Assembly (NCBI RefSeq): GCF_006345805.1
Contig: NC_043008.1
Location: 20,584,001-20,648,000 of the forward strand
DNA: 64,000 bases
Reading direction: 5' to 3'
Source of the DNA: Octopus sinensis
Lineage: Eukaryota
A program made the translations under genes and the position numbers. Under the pieces are notes generated by a model. The model made no database searches. It was not told the origin of the DNA and worked only from the letters and a program-made list of their open reading frames with translations. Positions 14,581-27,861 of the stretch are shown here, piece after piece (the stretch's first letter is position 1; every line of letters starts with the position of its first letter).

Positions 14581-15639
14581 GTACACCATGACCACTGGCC
14601 CACGCATGTTCGCCCACGCATGTTCGCGTTATGACAAATAAGCGTAAATACAAAAACGAAGGTGAGAATCGTGGAGGAACTGGATGAAAGTTTAGCACTT
14701 CGCATTTTCTGTTTCCAATGCGTTGTAGCCATGACTAAAGCTGTCATTCCTAAATGAGCAGACCAATATATACACGAAAGAATTCCAGCTGCATCCTGAA
14801 TGATACCATAGATAAGACAACGGCCTTCTTTATGTAGATAGCAAATTATGATCTGATGAAAATTTGGTTGTTATTCCTAGCAAACTGAACGATATTAATG
14901 ATGCGTGTGTAGAGATTCAGATATCAGATACATGCATCATGTATATTGTATATATGGTTGTATAAAGAAAATAGCTGCCGGCCTTGATAATTCTATCATC
15001 TTCTTGACGCAAGCAACAACTCAACATACAAACAGAACACATTGAGATTACATAGGAAATGTTTACCTAATTTCATTCCATGTATTACCGTTTGTATATT
15101 ACGATAGCATATACATAAATACGATAGCATATACATAAATACATAAACGAATGAATACAAATAAATTTATGTAATGTCGAATGTGCAGTTTGTTCTTACA
15201 CCATGCAGGAATCTTTTTTTTTTTCCAGTCGAAAGAAATGTCTTGGCAGAACTTATTTCTACGATTACATTATAAAGCAAATACAAGCTCTCCAGGCAGA
15301 AGATGTTAAAATAGTCGTCTATAAATAAACAGAAAAACATTCGCGCAATGCAATTAATTATATTAATTGCAATTTCTAGGAAACATTTGTGAAAATGTCA
15401 AGCATATTACACAGATAAAAGAGCATTGTTTCTTTCTATTTCATGTAGAAACATACATGAGTATGTGTTTTTCTTGGTGTTTCTTTGTTTTAAGGAGATT
15501 TTTCTTCGTTCCTTTATAGAATAATATTAATAATGCTTCAGTGTGTTCGCTGTTCAGTAACAAACAAATACCAAAGAGCAATGAGAGAAGACAGCGACGA
15601 TTTCGATTTCCTGTTTTCCTTAACTAACTTCCAAGCACA

Positions 15640-16030
15640 AGCGCCAGCGGTGCCGTGTTGTAGGAAACTTGCTTCTCAACCAAATATTCACAACTTGGTT
15701 TCCATTGCACTGCACCTTGGGCAAGTGTTCTCTAATATAGCTCATAGTAAACCAGAGCTTTTTGAGTCGCTTGGCAGAAGAAAAATGAAAGAATCCCATC
15801 ATATGCGTGTGTGTTTGTGTCTATACATCTAAGCGCGTTTCTGTTTGTATTTGTCCATCACCACCTCTTGCAAACTGATGCTGGTTGGTAACTTTGCGAT
15901 TAGGCAAAAAGAAACCGATAAAATACTACAAGGCTTAAACTTAAATACCGGGTCCGATTTGTTAGATTAAACCCTTCCAGGCGGTTCCTCAGCATGGTCG
16001 CATTCGAAGATTGAAAAAAGCAAAATATAA
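15640..16030 (+). mobile_element. Diverged CORE-like SINE
   Basis: caccttgggcaagtgt, (TG)n interior, cagcatggtcgca tail. Confidence 0.7.
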
Positions 16031-16599
16031 CTTTTCGTTAAAAAATAAAAATTTGAGAAAACATCGACATTCACAAAAAAAACAAAACAGAACCATGTTA
16101 ATCGGCGAAATAAATGTTCTGTGCGGAGAACAAATAAAACTAAGACAGTAAAGTGGCTATTTACACAATGCTAAAGTAAATCTCATGGGTAATTAACGGT
16201 TATTTTTCTACACTCTGACTTTAAATGTTTTCAAGAACAACCTTGGTTTCCAAACCCTTAAGATACCTATCACAGGTATCAGTTTTATTCCATTGTCCAA
16301 TAAATACCTTAAACTAATTTCTTACAATTGTGTCTCATCGTCCTAATGGGCTTGTGTATATGCTTCTATTTTCCTCGAATGCTGGATATTCAAACATGTT
16401 GTTTAGTATAAATTCGGTGCAGCCGTATTTAAACACATATCAGTAATTCTTGTCATTATTGATATTGCTCTTTAGACACATATTCTCCATAAGAAGAACA
16501 GAGGTCTTCCCAGAGATATTTGCCTCCAAGCTTACTTTTAACAGTTATTTACGCATAATCACTATGTAAATATTGCCGTAGGGCAGAATACACACACTT

Positions 16600-17106
16600 G
16601 TATGTATGTATGTATGTATGTATGTATGTATGTATGTATATATGTATGTATGTATGTATGTATATATGTTTGTATGTATGTATGTATGCATGTATGTATG
16701 TATATATGTATGTATGTATGTATTAGTATGTATGTATTATGTATGTATATGTATGTATGTATGTATGCATGTATGTATGTATGGTATGTTTATGTAGGTA
16801 TGTATGTATGTATATATGTTTGTAGTATGTAGTATGCATGTATGTATGTATGTATGTATTGTATGTATGTATGTATGTATGCGTATGTATGGCATGTATG
16901 TATGTATGTATATATGTTGTATGTATGTATGTATGCATGTATGTATGTATATATGTATGTTTGTATGTATGTATGTATGTATGTATGTTTGTATGTATGT
17001 ATGTGTGTATGTATGTATGTATGTATGCATGTATGTATGTATGTATGTATGTATGTATGTATGTATGTATGTATGTTTGTATGTATGTATGTATGTTTGT
17101 ATGTAT
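16600..17106. repeat. (TATG)n tetranucleotide array
   Basis: Direct inspection. Confidence 0.98.
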
Positions 17107-17389
17107 CTGTGTGTGATCTCCACAGCCGTACACTTATGGAGGCATAAGACTTAGCGTCTTATATTTAGAAGCACCAGTTGTGACTGTTAAAATTAAATAT
17201 GTAAAGAGACGGCAATGAGATATTCAGATAGTAAAGTTGTCAGTGTTTACTTGTGTGGCACTTTCTAAATATTTATACACGCGCTTGCATACTAGTTTGT
17301 AGATAAAAACTATTTTAAAATGTTTTACTACTAGATTTTAACTATGCTTTAAATAAATCGATTTCGTTTCATTTTTAATATATACATAT

Positions 17390-17408
17390 TTATTTTATCT
17401 CGTTTTAG
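17390..17408 (+). promoter_or_regulatory. Candidate splice acceptor opening the GPCR exon
   Basis: Pyrimidine tract tattttatctcgttttAG followed by a purine-rich (GAA-rich) exon-like stretch, 377 nt upstream of the ATG. Confidence 0.5.
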
Positions 17409-17785
17409 TTACAAGAAAGAAGATAAGCAGAAGACAGAACAGCACAAAACCAGAACCAGAACAGCACGAAGCCAACAGCACTGCAAGAGAATTCAAATTT
17501 ATCACACGTTCTAACGTATATAAATAGTTATAGAATGATATCAAATGGAATATTAAGGAATTCTTGTTTAAAAACCAAAAGCAATGGGTTTATATACATT
17601 TATAAAAATTTCATCTCTGCAGTCGTGTTTATTCAAAAATATATTGTCTTACCAAGAAATATTGATTATTCCTCAATCATCTCGGAATTGTAGAAGTCGT
17701 ATACAATAAAGTTTTAAAAGTTGTCGATTTTAATAAAATCCCTGTCCCCTCTGACATTTGAAATATAACGAAATCTTTCTAAACC

Positions 17786-19204
17786 ATGGAACAAAAGTGG
17801 AGCACAGACCCTCCCGTTAAAACTACTGACAACATCTCAGAAACATTTCATTCGGCCACAACAGGAGATATTCCTGAAGATAATACAACTTTACCAGTTA
17901 TTTGTATGTTGTCTGTATTTAGTGTTGTTGGAACGTTTGGAAATTCGATTGTTCTTCATGTATTCTTACGCCGTAAAGACAAAGTATCATCGACAATATT
18001 CATTTTATCTCTCGCTGGAATCGACTGTATAACATGCTTGATAATCATCCCTTTTACTGTAATCATGGAATACATCAATTACGGGATACAATACGAAGCT
18101 CTTTGTAAGATATACATATTTCTCATAACCTTCAATGTTCCGCTCTCGTCTTTTGTTATGGTGGCCATTGCATTTGACCGCTATTTCTGCATTTGTCATT
18201 CACTGAGGAACATAATGAATCGCAGAAAAGCCAAAATCATTATAATCGTTCTCATAGTATTTGCAGCATGTCTCGGAACGATTACAAGTTTAATGCATGC
18301 TGTTTACACATTAAAAGAAAACAGAGGAGCTTACTTTAACGATTCCTCTTTTCCAGCAGATTGCTTCATAGATAACTCGACCGAACCTTATACTATAGTT
18401 TGCAAAGGATATTACGAATATGATTACGAAATAAATGCCTCACCAGATGAACACGGATTGCAGACTACCTCACAGCAATCATTACGAAACGCTTTCTCTT
18501 CTATTATGAATACGACAAAGAATATAATAACATTTACAAACACTGGCACAGATACTACTTTTTACTACACGGGATTTTGTCAACCTTCGGAAATATTGTT
18601 AAGCAGACGATTTCGTTACATTTATCAAAAGATATACGCGTTTCTGTTTCTCGCTGACTTCTGTATAGTTCTAGTGTTATATGTTCTTATATATCGTTTT
18701 CTAGTCACTCGTCGAATTAGGAGACACAAATCACGCTCACTTAGAAGACTGACGAGTTTCAACGCTAATGAGGAGGAAGCAGATACAACGGAAACCAGAT
18801 TTCTCGCCGATATGCCACGACCTTCACCAGTAGTAGTCGCGGCAGCAGCTGCTGTCGCTGCGGCTTCCTCTTCATCGAGTAGCATCAGACGTGTGGCGAT
18901 GAGGCATAAAGTTCCTCCTAGAGAGCGGTTACTAATGGCCAACGTTCGAACGGCTGCTATGCTATTCGTAGTCACTGTAGTGTTTATTGTTGTATTCCTT
19001 CCAGCATGGCTAACAGCGATGCAATTGCTTCCGGCCAACAAAATTATATTCAACTCATATTTTTTGTACAATGTCGTCAATCCATTCATATATGCTTTCA
19101 TGAACCCGATGTTTAAGAAAGAATTGCAGAAAATGTTATCGTTCCGCAAACAGGTGATCAGACCTCGCTGTCTCTGGTACACTGACGTGCCAGCATCCTG
19201 CTGA
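17786..19204 (+). CDS. Class A (rhodopsin-like) G protein-coupled receptor, single coding exon, orphan/neuropeptide-receptor-like, 472 aa
   Basis: Seven hydrophobic segments; TM1 GN, TM2 LAxxD, Cys at the top of TM3, DRY (AFDRYFCIC), TM6 FxxxFLP, TM7 NPFIY, helix 8 (NPMFKKEL); N-terminal N-glycosylation sequons; strong Kozak context aaaccATGG; uninterrupted frame. Confidence 0.96.
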   Translation: MEQKWSTDPPVKTTDNISETFHSATTGDIPEDNTTLPVICMLSVFSVVGTFGNSIVLHVFLRRKDKVSSTIFILSLAGIDCITCLIIIPFTVIMEYINYGIQYEALCKIYIFLITFNVPLSSFVMVAIAFDRYFCICHSLRNIMNRRKAKIIIIVLIVFAACLGTITSLMHAVYTLKENRGAYFNDSSFPADCFIDNSTEPYTIVCKGYYEYDYEINASPDEHGLQTTSQQSLRNAFSSIMNTTKNIITFTNTGTDTTFYYTGFCQPSEILLSRRFRYIYQKIYAFLFLADFCIVLVLYVLIYRFLVTRRIRRHKSRSLRRLTSFNANEEEADTTETRFLADMPRPSPVVVAAAAAVAAASSSSSSIRRVAMRHKVPPRERLLMANVRTAAMLFVVTVVFIVVFLPAWLTAMQLLPANKIIFNSYFLYNVVNPFIYAFMNPMFKKELQKMLSFRKQVIRPRCLWYTDVPASC

Positions 19205-19328
19205 TCATAGAGCAGTGGATAAAACACCTTGTATTTTTCTAAGGCAATGGGCTCAAATCACACACGAAAAGAGACTTATGCAACGAGGACCATACATCAT
19301 ACAGTATCAAACATGAAATCGTCACTTC

Positions 19329-19334
19329 AATAAA
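19329..19334 (+). terminator. Candidate polyadenylation signal for the GPCR
   Basis: First AATAAA, 125 nt after the stop codon; the hexamer is common in AT-rich DNA. Confidence 0.35.
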
Positions 19335-19419
19335 ATCGGATTCATGGTCATATACATAATGTAATTATAAAAAATATAAAAATATGCATATATACATATA
19401 TATATACATATACATATAT

Positions 19420-19509
<90 letters not shown>

Positions 19510-19537
19510 CAAATATATATGTATGTATATATATATA

Positions 19538-19584
<47 letters not shown>

Positions 19585-19599
19585 GATGTGAGCCAGAAA

Positions 19600-19699
19600 N
19601 NNNNNNNNNNNNNNNNNNNNNNNNNNNNNNNNNNNNNNNNNNNNNNNNNNNNNNNNNNNNNNNNNNNNNNNNNNNNNNNNNNNNNNNNNNNNNNNNNNN
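19600..19699. other. Assembly gap (100 N)
   Basis: Run of exactly 100 N, a typical scaffolding placeholder, next to a long (TA)n array. Confidence 1.
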
Positions 19700-19967
19700 G
19701 ACCATCTAACACTGAATTCCACAGTTCGTTTCATGTACCTGAACGGGTAAAACCTTCAACAAACCTGCATAGTAAAGTTGACCCGGATGAATATATACTG
19801 CGACTGAATCAACCAAATGCATAGAGATGGTGCATCAAAGGACGTTTGGACATTTATGCAGCAGAAACACGTGTCGGATTGGAATCTTATGTGAATTTAA
19901 TGAGAATATTATTGTAATAAACAAGTTTTGAAAATGTATAAACCTCCATTCTTTTTTATGATATTTT

Positions 19968-20200
19968 GGCAGCGAGCTGGCAGAAACCTTAGCACGCCGG
20001 GTGAAATGCGTAGCCGTACTTCGTCTGCCGTTGCATTCTGAGTTCAAATTCCGCCGAGGTCGACTTTGCCTTTCATCCTTTCGGGGTCGATTAAATAAGT
20101 ACCAGTTACGCAATGGGGTCGATATAAACGACTTAATCCGTTTGTCTCTTCTTGTTTGTCCTCTCTGTGTTTAGCCCCTTGTGGGCAGTAAAGAGATAGG
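19968..20200 (+). mobile_element. tRNA-SINE with Meta/MESC-like domain, monomer
   Basis: Same family as 14354-14580. Confidence 0.87.
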
Positions 20201-20827
20201 TTATGTACACTGTATGCTGTATAAAAGCCACTGAAGCGAGCACAAGATTTGACTACTGAGTCAATTATGCACATTCTCCACTGATATATTTGTGAGGTTT
20301 GAGTATGAAATCTCTGGATATTTACTTACTTATCCAGGATAAAACACTTCCAAAGACTCCTCAGATTCTCGTCCCCGTAGAGCAGTGCTGACTGTAAAAT
20401 TATGGTAAGTGTTTGTAGATCCTCGGAATATACGAGTGAAGAGTTAATCAAAATATGCAAGCTAATGATAATGAATGAAATCAGAGCTATAAAGATATCT
20501 GTATTCCTTTACAGCGGATATTTAATAACCGTATAAAATCTTCGTGATAAATCACCAAGAGAGTAACAAAATTCTTATGAATTTCTATTATTTGAAAAGA
20601 AATATTTCATTTCAAAATATTATAGGATTATAAAGAAACATAGCCATGGTGATACAATATCCTTATCGCTGTTTTCATTTATTGTCATTACCTGATATGC
20701 CTAGATTAACAATTCAGATGCATTGTTCAAAGATTCCACTGACTTATCTCATATACATACATACCCACATTGAAATATATATATACAACACATATATATA
20801 TATACCCCACAACTCAACTTTTTTTAT

Positions 20828-20879
<52 letters not shown>

Positions 20880-20969
20880 CGTATGTATGTATACATATAT
20901 ATATATGTTGTGTGTATATATATATATATGTATGTATTGTATATATATATATGTATACAATATTATATA

Positions 20970-21015
<46 letters not shown>

Positions 21016-21202
21016 TGCACATACTTATCTGTTAAAATTAAAATATAGTATTTGGTATACATATATATTTGTAAATATATATAATATCTATATATATATA
21101 TATATACATATATATATACATATATATATATAATATATAATTATATATATATACATATATATATATATATAATATATATTCTATATATATATATATACAC
21201 AT

Positions 21203-21892
21203 AAAGTAGTGAGGTACATTATGCACCTGTTTGATTGAAAGGAGAATAAACTCTCCAAAATCATGTATCTCTCAGCATATGTAAACATGCACTAAGAATG
21301 TAGCAAATGCATTTAGAAAAAAGGGTTCTTCGAGTATGTAAATCTTCAAAAACGAAGGTAGATATCCCAGTATCAATGGCTTTCGTTTCCTGTGTTGAAT
21401 TGACACTTAAAGCAAATCAGCTAAGCTTACTATGTAAATTGTTTTGAAAATATATATTTACCTTTCCGTGCGCGTTTGTTCAGCTAAAGGCTTCCAAACA
21501 AACATTAGTGAGCAAATATAAATTCAAAATTCAAAATATGTTATCATTATCTATAAAAAAAATAGACCAAATATGCAAAATATATAGAAGAATAAATCTC
21601 TCCAGAATCAGGTACCCCTCGCTGTATGTAAACGCGCGCGGAGAATGTGAAATCAATTTACGTAGTAAGTCTAGCTGACCTGATTTAAGCGTCAATTCAA
21701 CATAGAAAGCGAAATCAATTGATACGGGGATATCTACCCTCCTATTTGTAGATTTACTAACTGGGAAAACCGATTTACTAAATGAATTTGCTACATTCTC
21801 CGTACGTGCTTACATACAGTAAAAAAGATACGTGGTTTTGGAGAGTTTTATTCTTTCAAGTAAACGGGTATATATTGTAACCTGACTTTTAA
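21203..21892. mobile_element. Two diverged MITE-like copies in inverted orientation
   Basis: 21203-21445 is an imperfect reverse complement of about 21650-21890; a third relative lies at 54770-55112; flanked by (TA)n. Confidence 0.7.
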
Positions 21893-22621
21893 TATATATT
21901 TCGCATACTTGGATTATGTTTGCTGGCCAATTTATCATTATTTTTTTAGATAATGATAACTTATTTGAATTATATATACATATATATGTGTGTGTGTGTT
22001 TGTGCATATAGCATAATGCACACAGCCTACCAAACGCTACCAAGAACACAATATAGACATACACAATAGCTTCATAAACACAAATACACATACACACGTA
22101 TACCGGTTTCACAATTCCATACGCATACATAAGCCAGGTTCAAAATTCCACGCGGACACATACACACAAACACAAATGCACATACTCGTACTTGGCACTC
22201 ACGCCTAAGCCAACTTTCCACTACTTGCGGTCATTCCAGCAAGTCGTGTCAGTTACATACACGTGCGTTTCTAATTGATCATTTTTCCTTTACTTTGTCT
22301 ATCCTTTACTTTAGAAGTGTAAATATTCAAAATATACGAAAACAAAATGTTTCCGTCTTTTTTGCCCATCTCTTGATCGTCAACGAAATACATTCTATGC
22401 CACCCATTTTTACCTCGTCTTTGCAGTGTGTGTGTGTGTGTGTATGCGTGCGTGTGTGTATATGTATCCATGTATATATATATATATATATATATGTTTT
22501 TATTTTTCATTCCCTGCGAGAAATTATACTTAAATAGTGGTTTGGACTTTAACTTTTCTTTCTAGCGTAAAGGATTCCTATGATGGAAGCCTCTTAATGT
22601 GTTTTAATGCACACTGTATTT

Positions 22622-22671
<50 letters not shown>

Positions 22672-22819
22672 TATATATATATATATATATATAAAATGAA
22701 AGAAAGAAAATGGAAAATTATGGATGTATAAATAATTTATTTGTATGATATCATGCGGTGAGGTTGAAAGATTGTTATAAAATACATACATATATCTATA
22801 CACACATATACGTATATAC

Positions 22820-22907
<88 letters not shown>

Positions 22908-22924
22908 TATATATATATATATAT

Positions 22925-23233
22925 ATCACCGTGATCACCGTGACCGACCAGGCCATCAGATGGTGTTACACATCGCTGGTCACAATGCGCTTCACATTGT
23001 TTTAGCCTTCAAATGACGCCACCCCGCTGGTTAAGCGAGCAGGCCAATAGAAGAAAGAGTGAGAGAAAGTTGTGGCGAAAGAGTACAACAGGGATCGCCC
23101 CCCCCCCTGCCGGATCCTCGTGGAGCTTTAGGAGTTTTCGCTCAATAAACACTCACAACGCCCGGTCTGGGAATCGAAACCGCGATCCTACGACCGCGAG
23201 TCCGCTGCCCTAACCACTGGGCCATTGCGCCTC
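22925..23233 (-). mobile_element. Modular tRNA-derived SINE, tail type A
   Basis: Reverse complement of 9169-9473. Confidence 0.9.
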
Positions 23234-23234
23234 A

Positions 23235-23762
<528 letters not shown>

Positions 23763-23819
23763 TATGTGTGTGGTGTGTGTGTGTATGTATGTATGTATGT
23801 ATGTATGTATGTACGTATA

Positions 23820-24985
23820 CCCAGGCCTATTCCTTATTTCTTTGGGTGGGTAACCACAAAAAGACACACGTCAGGCATTCCATTCATTTCCCAGCTTAAA
23901 GAGGCGAGCTCACTTCTATGCTCGGGTCAAGGCACAGAACGCAACACCCAGCATCAGCAGCGGGGCCTGACAGCATATGCTGGTTCCGCATCCCTATTCG
24001 CAACATCAATTTCACTCATGAGGCCACAAACACTCTCCAAGCTTTCCTATCATTTATAAAATATCTTTCCTCTCTCATCCATCACCTCTAACTACCAAAG
24101 CATTCCTCTCTCCATTCATCCGCAGAAACCGATGTCTGCCTTCAGTTCTGTTGCCTACCACTTCAGCCTTCATCCATATTTTTTATGTGGCCAAACCACC
24201 TCAACATTCGTCTATCCATTTTGGTCGTTAGTTTTTCTCTCATTCCTGCTCGCCTTCACACCTCCTCATTTCTCATCCGGTCCATCCTATGACACCAACC
24301 ATAGCCCCCATCTAGTTGCATCCTTTCCGCCTCTCCCAGCATCCATGTCTCTGCACCATATAATATTGTCGGCACAATCACGCCCTCATACACGCCTCTT
24401 TCCCATTCCATACTCTCTTAGCATATCTTCCATAACTTTAAGTATCTTACCCCCTTCCCTCACTCTGTATCCCACTTCCTCAGCCAAATCCCATATCCAA
24501 CGTTACATGTGATCCCAGAGACTTAAAAACATTCACCTCCTCTAACATCTCACCATTTATACTCACATCCATTCTACCAGCCATTCCATCTCGTCGCCAT
24601 ACTCTTAGCTACATTCACTTTCAGTTTCGTCTTCTCACACACTCTTCCAGACTCTACCACCAGTCTCCTCAGCTCCTCCTTCGAATCCGCCATCAGTGCT
24701 GTATCTTCAGCAAACAACAACTGGCTCATCTGCCATTTCCCTCCATTTTCTCCCACCATTTGGACACCCCTACCAAGGGCCCTAGCATTTACTTCTCTCA
24801 CCCTCCATCCATATACAAATTAAACAGATACGGAGATATCACACAACCCTGTCTTAAAGCCCACCTTCACATCAAACCACACTCTTCACCACCCACCCTA
24901 ACGCTCATCCTACTTTCCCTATAAAAACTCTGAACAGCTCTCAACAATCTACCATCTACTCCATGCAACTTCAAAACCTGCAAGC
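23820..24985 (-). mobile_element. RTE-clade LINE fragment (decayed reverse transcriptase)
   Basis: Minus strand reads RQGCVISPYLFNLYMDG and SQLLFAEDTALMADSKEELRRLV...KLKVNVAKS (RT QG and FADD motifs, with D>E); frameshifted. Confidence 0.9.
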
Positions 24986-25208
24986 TGATGCAATGAGACA
25001 GGTGTTTTTATGAAAAACAATACAATAAATTATAAATTAAAAAGCTCTAAAAGAATGGCAGATACCAAAAACCTACATATATGTTCGATTCATACCCTTA
25101 GGTAATTCGTAATTCTAAGCATTTGGGTAGGGTCTAATGCGAAAAATTCGATACCTTATACAACTATATATATATACACACACACACCACACACACACAC
25201 ATATATAT

Positions 25209-25224
<16 letters not shown>

Positions 25225-25248
<24 letters not shown>

Positions 25249-25457
25249 GGTGTGCGTGTGTGTGTGTCTGTGTGCGTTTTATATGTATATATTCTTTTAT
25301 TCTTTTACTGGCTCAGTCGTTGACTGCGGACATGCTGGAGCACCACCTTAGTCGAACGAATCGACGGTTGGACTCATTCTTTGTAAGCCTAGTACTTATT
25401 CTATCATATTATTAGATTATTGTTATTGCAATATATATATATACATACATATATATA

Positions 25458-25503
<46 letters not shown>

Positions 25504-25609
25504 GATACATACATATATATATAATATATAATATATATAATACATATATAATATATATATATCTATATATATACATACATATATATATATATAATATATA
25601 TGTATGTAG

Positions 25610-25651
<42 letters not shown>

Positions 25652-25745
25652 AAATGTATGATTATATATATTGCCAATAACAATAATAATAATAGTAATG
25701 ATGATGATAATAATAGTTGAATAATAATAATAATAATATATAATA

Positions 25746-25782
<37 letters not shown>

Positions 25783-25960
25783 AACGATTAGATAAGTACT
25801 AGGCTACAAAAGAATGAGTCCTAGCGTCGATTCGTTCGACTAAAGGTAGTGCTCCAGCATGACCGCAGTCAAATGACTGAGGCCAGTAAAAGATTAAAAG
25901 AATATATACATATATAAACGCACACAGACACACACACACATATATATATATATGTGTATA
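25225..25960. repeat. Large imperfect palindrome (inverted duplication of a SINE tail plus its flanks)
   Basis: 25255-25450 and 25650-25945 are reverse complements, including non-SINE flanks. Confidence 0.75.
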
Positions 25961-25974
25961 TATATATATATATA

Positions 25975-26910
25975 TAGGTATAAAAATTATATATAAAAGG
26001 GGACAAGAACGTGAAATACAAAAAGAGACGAACACAAAAAACGGACGGGTCATTCGAAACCTTTAATCTTCAGTCAGAAACCGGATCATCATAGCAAATT
26101 TCGGCTGATTGATCCTGATATTGCTCCGACATAGCCAGCCCCAATGAAAAACTAAGCTGAGAGCATTAGATTTATGGAAAAAGGATCGAATGTAAACGAA
26201 ACGAGGACAGAAAAAGGGACGAAGCCACACGAATATAAATACAAAAAAACAAAAACAAGAATGGTAATAACAGGATAACAGCAGGTGTCTTACGACTTTA
26301 GCCAAATTTAACTTATCTAGCAGGCGTGTTTGGAAAAATTGCCTTTTCGGCAGACGAAAACAATGTTGAACCGGCAGCGGTCACCAACGGAATGGCTGGT
26401 TATTCAGCAGGTCACATGAGGGTAGAAAGAGAGAGAGAGAAAGAGAGAGAAGGAATTAAAGAGGGTGGAAGAAACAGAGCGCGCCAAGGATTGACCAGGT
26501 CACGTGAGAGTAGGGAGACAGAGATAAAGAAGGAATTAAAGAGGATAGAAGGAAGAGGGGGGAAGAGACAGCAATGGCGCACAGCGAGAAAGACAGAGAA
26601 ACGTGAGCGAGTGGGGGAAGAGGGAGACCAAAGAATCAGAGGCGAGAAAGAGAAAGACAGAAAGTGAGGTATAGAGAAAGTTTGTAGAAGTCGTACAATG
26701 GGTGGAATGTGAGCATACATAAGGGAACGAGGGGTACGTTATGCTGCAATAATATAGGTATAAAAAGTATATATAAAAGGGGACAAGAACGTGAAATACA
26801 CAAAGAGACGAACACAAAAAACGGACGGGTCATTCGAAGCCTTTAATCTTCAGTCAGAAACCGGATCATCATAGCAAATTTCGGCTGATTAATCCTGATA
26901 TTGCTCCGGT
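25975..26910. mobile_element. Non-coding element with about 155-bp direct terminal repeats (partial tandem, Penelope pLTR-like)
   Basis: 25975-26129 repeats at 26755-26909 (780-bp period, about 5 mismatches); purine-rich interior; inserted in (TA)n. Confidence 0.75.
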
Positions 26911-27491
26911 ATATATATATATGAATGTATGTATGGTTCGATATTTGTTTGTTCGGAGCGCAGTGTATGTCGTTCTCAAATGGTTATTTTATTCATATTT
27001 GATTTAAACTATATAGAACCGCATCTCATTAGAGAAAATTAGTTAATAAATTATTCCGGCCTGTCACCGATTTCTGCTAACGAGATACAAACGTGGAAGT
27101 TAAGATTTGCTTCGCCAAAATAGTAAATCCAGCATCCTTTAATTAAACTGTGATCCCTGTCAGCTTTTTCTAAAAAATGCCGTCGTTAAAACTCTACTAA
27201 TTGATGTTGCTCACATTAACAAATACAGTTAGTGCTATTACGGTTTATAGCTAAATCACATACGACTTGTTTGCATTGTGAAATAAAATTAAATCGTTCA
27301 TGATGAAATTAACTTGGGTCATTATTTTAAATTTCAGTCCGTAGTCATTCATTTAAGTTCAATAAATTTCATCAAAATTCCGATAAGGATTTCAATCTAA
27401 AAGGCAAAATCAAAGACAGTATATTTTATTGTTTTGCTTTGCCTACTTGTTTTCAAGTGATAGAAAAGAAAATGATACACTATCTCACATC

Positions 27492-27861
27492 TGGATGGAA
27501 GCACTCCGTCGGTTACGACGACGAGGGTTCCAGTTGATCCGATCAACGGAACAGCCTGCTCGTGAAATTAACGTGTAAGTGGCTGAGCACTCCACAAATA
27601 CGTGTACCCTTAACGTAGTTCTCGGGGATATTCAGCGTGACACAGAGAGTGACAAGGCCGGCCCTTTGAAATACAGGTACAACAGAAACAGGAAGTAAGA
27701 GTGAGAGAAAGTTGTGGTGAAAGAGTACAGTAGGGATCACCACCATCCCTGCCGGAGCCTCGTGGAGCTTTAGGTGTTTTCGCTCAATAAACACTCACAA
27801 CGCCCGGTCTGGGAATCGAAACCGCGAGTCCGCTGCCCTAACCACTGGGCCATTGCGCCTC
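27492..27861 (-). mobile_element. Modular tRNA-derived SINE, tail type B, with TSD
   Basis: Same head/body as 9169; flanked by the direct repeat cactatctcacatc (27478-27491 and 27862-27875). Confidence 0.92.

Noticed and set aside
19202-19210. Stop-codon readthrough at TGA-TCA-TAG
   Set aside because: Not the TGA-CTAG context, and it would add only two residues.
18625-19227. 200-aa antisense ORF overlapping the GPCR
   Set aside because: Shadow of the sense coding frame; no recognisable domain and no independent evidence.
26040-26130. Type II hammerhead on the minus strand of the direct repeat
   Set aside because: GAAA and CTGAAGA boxes are present, but stems I and III cannot be formed and extra bases interrupt stem II.
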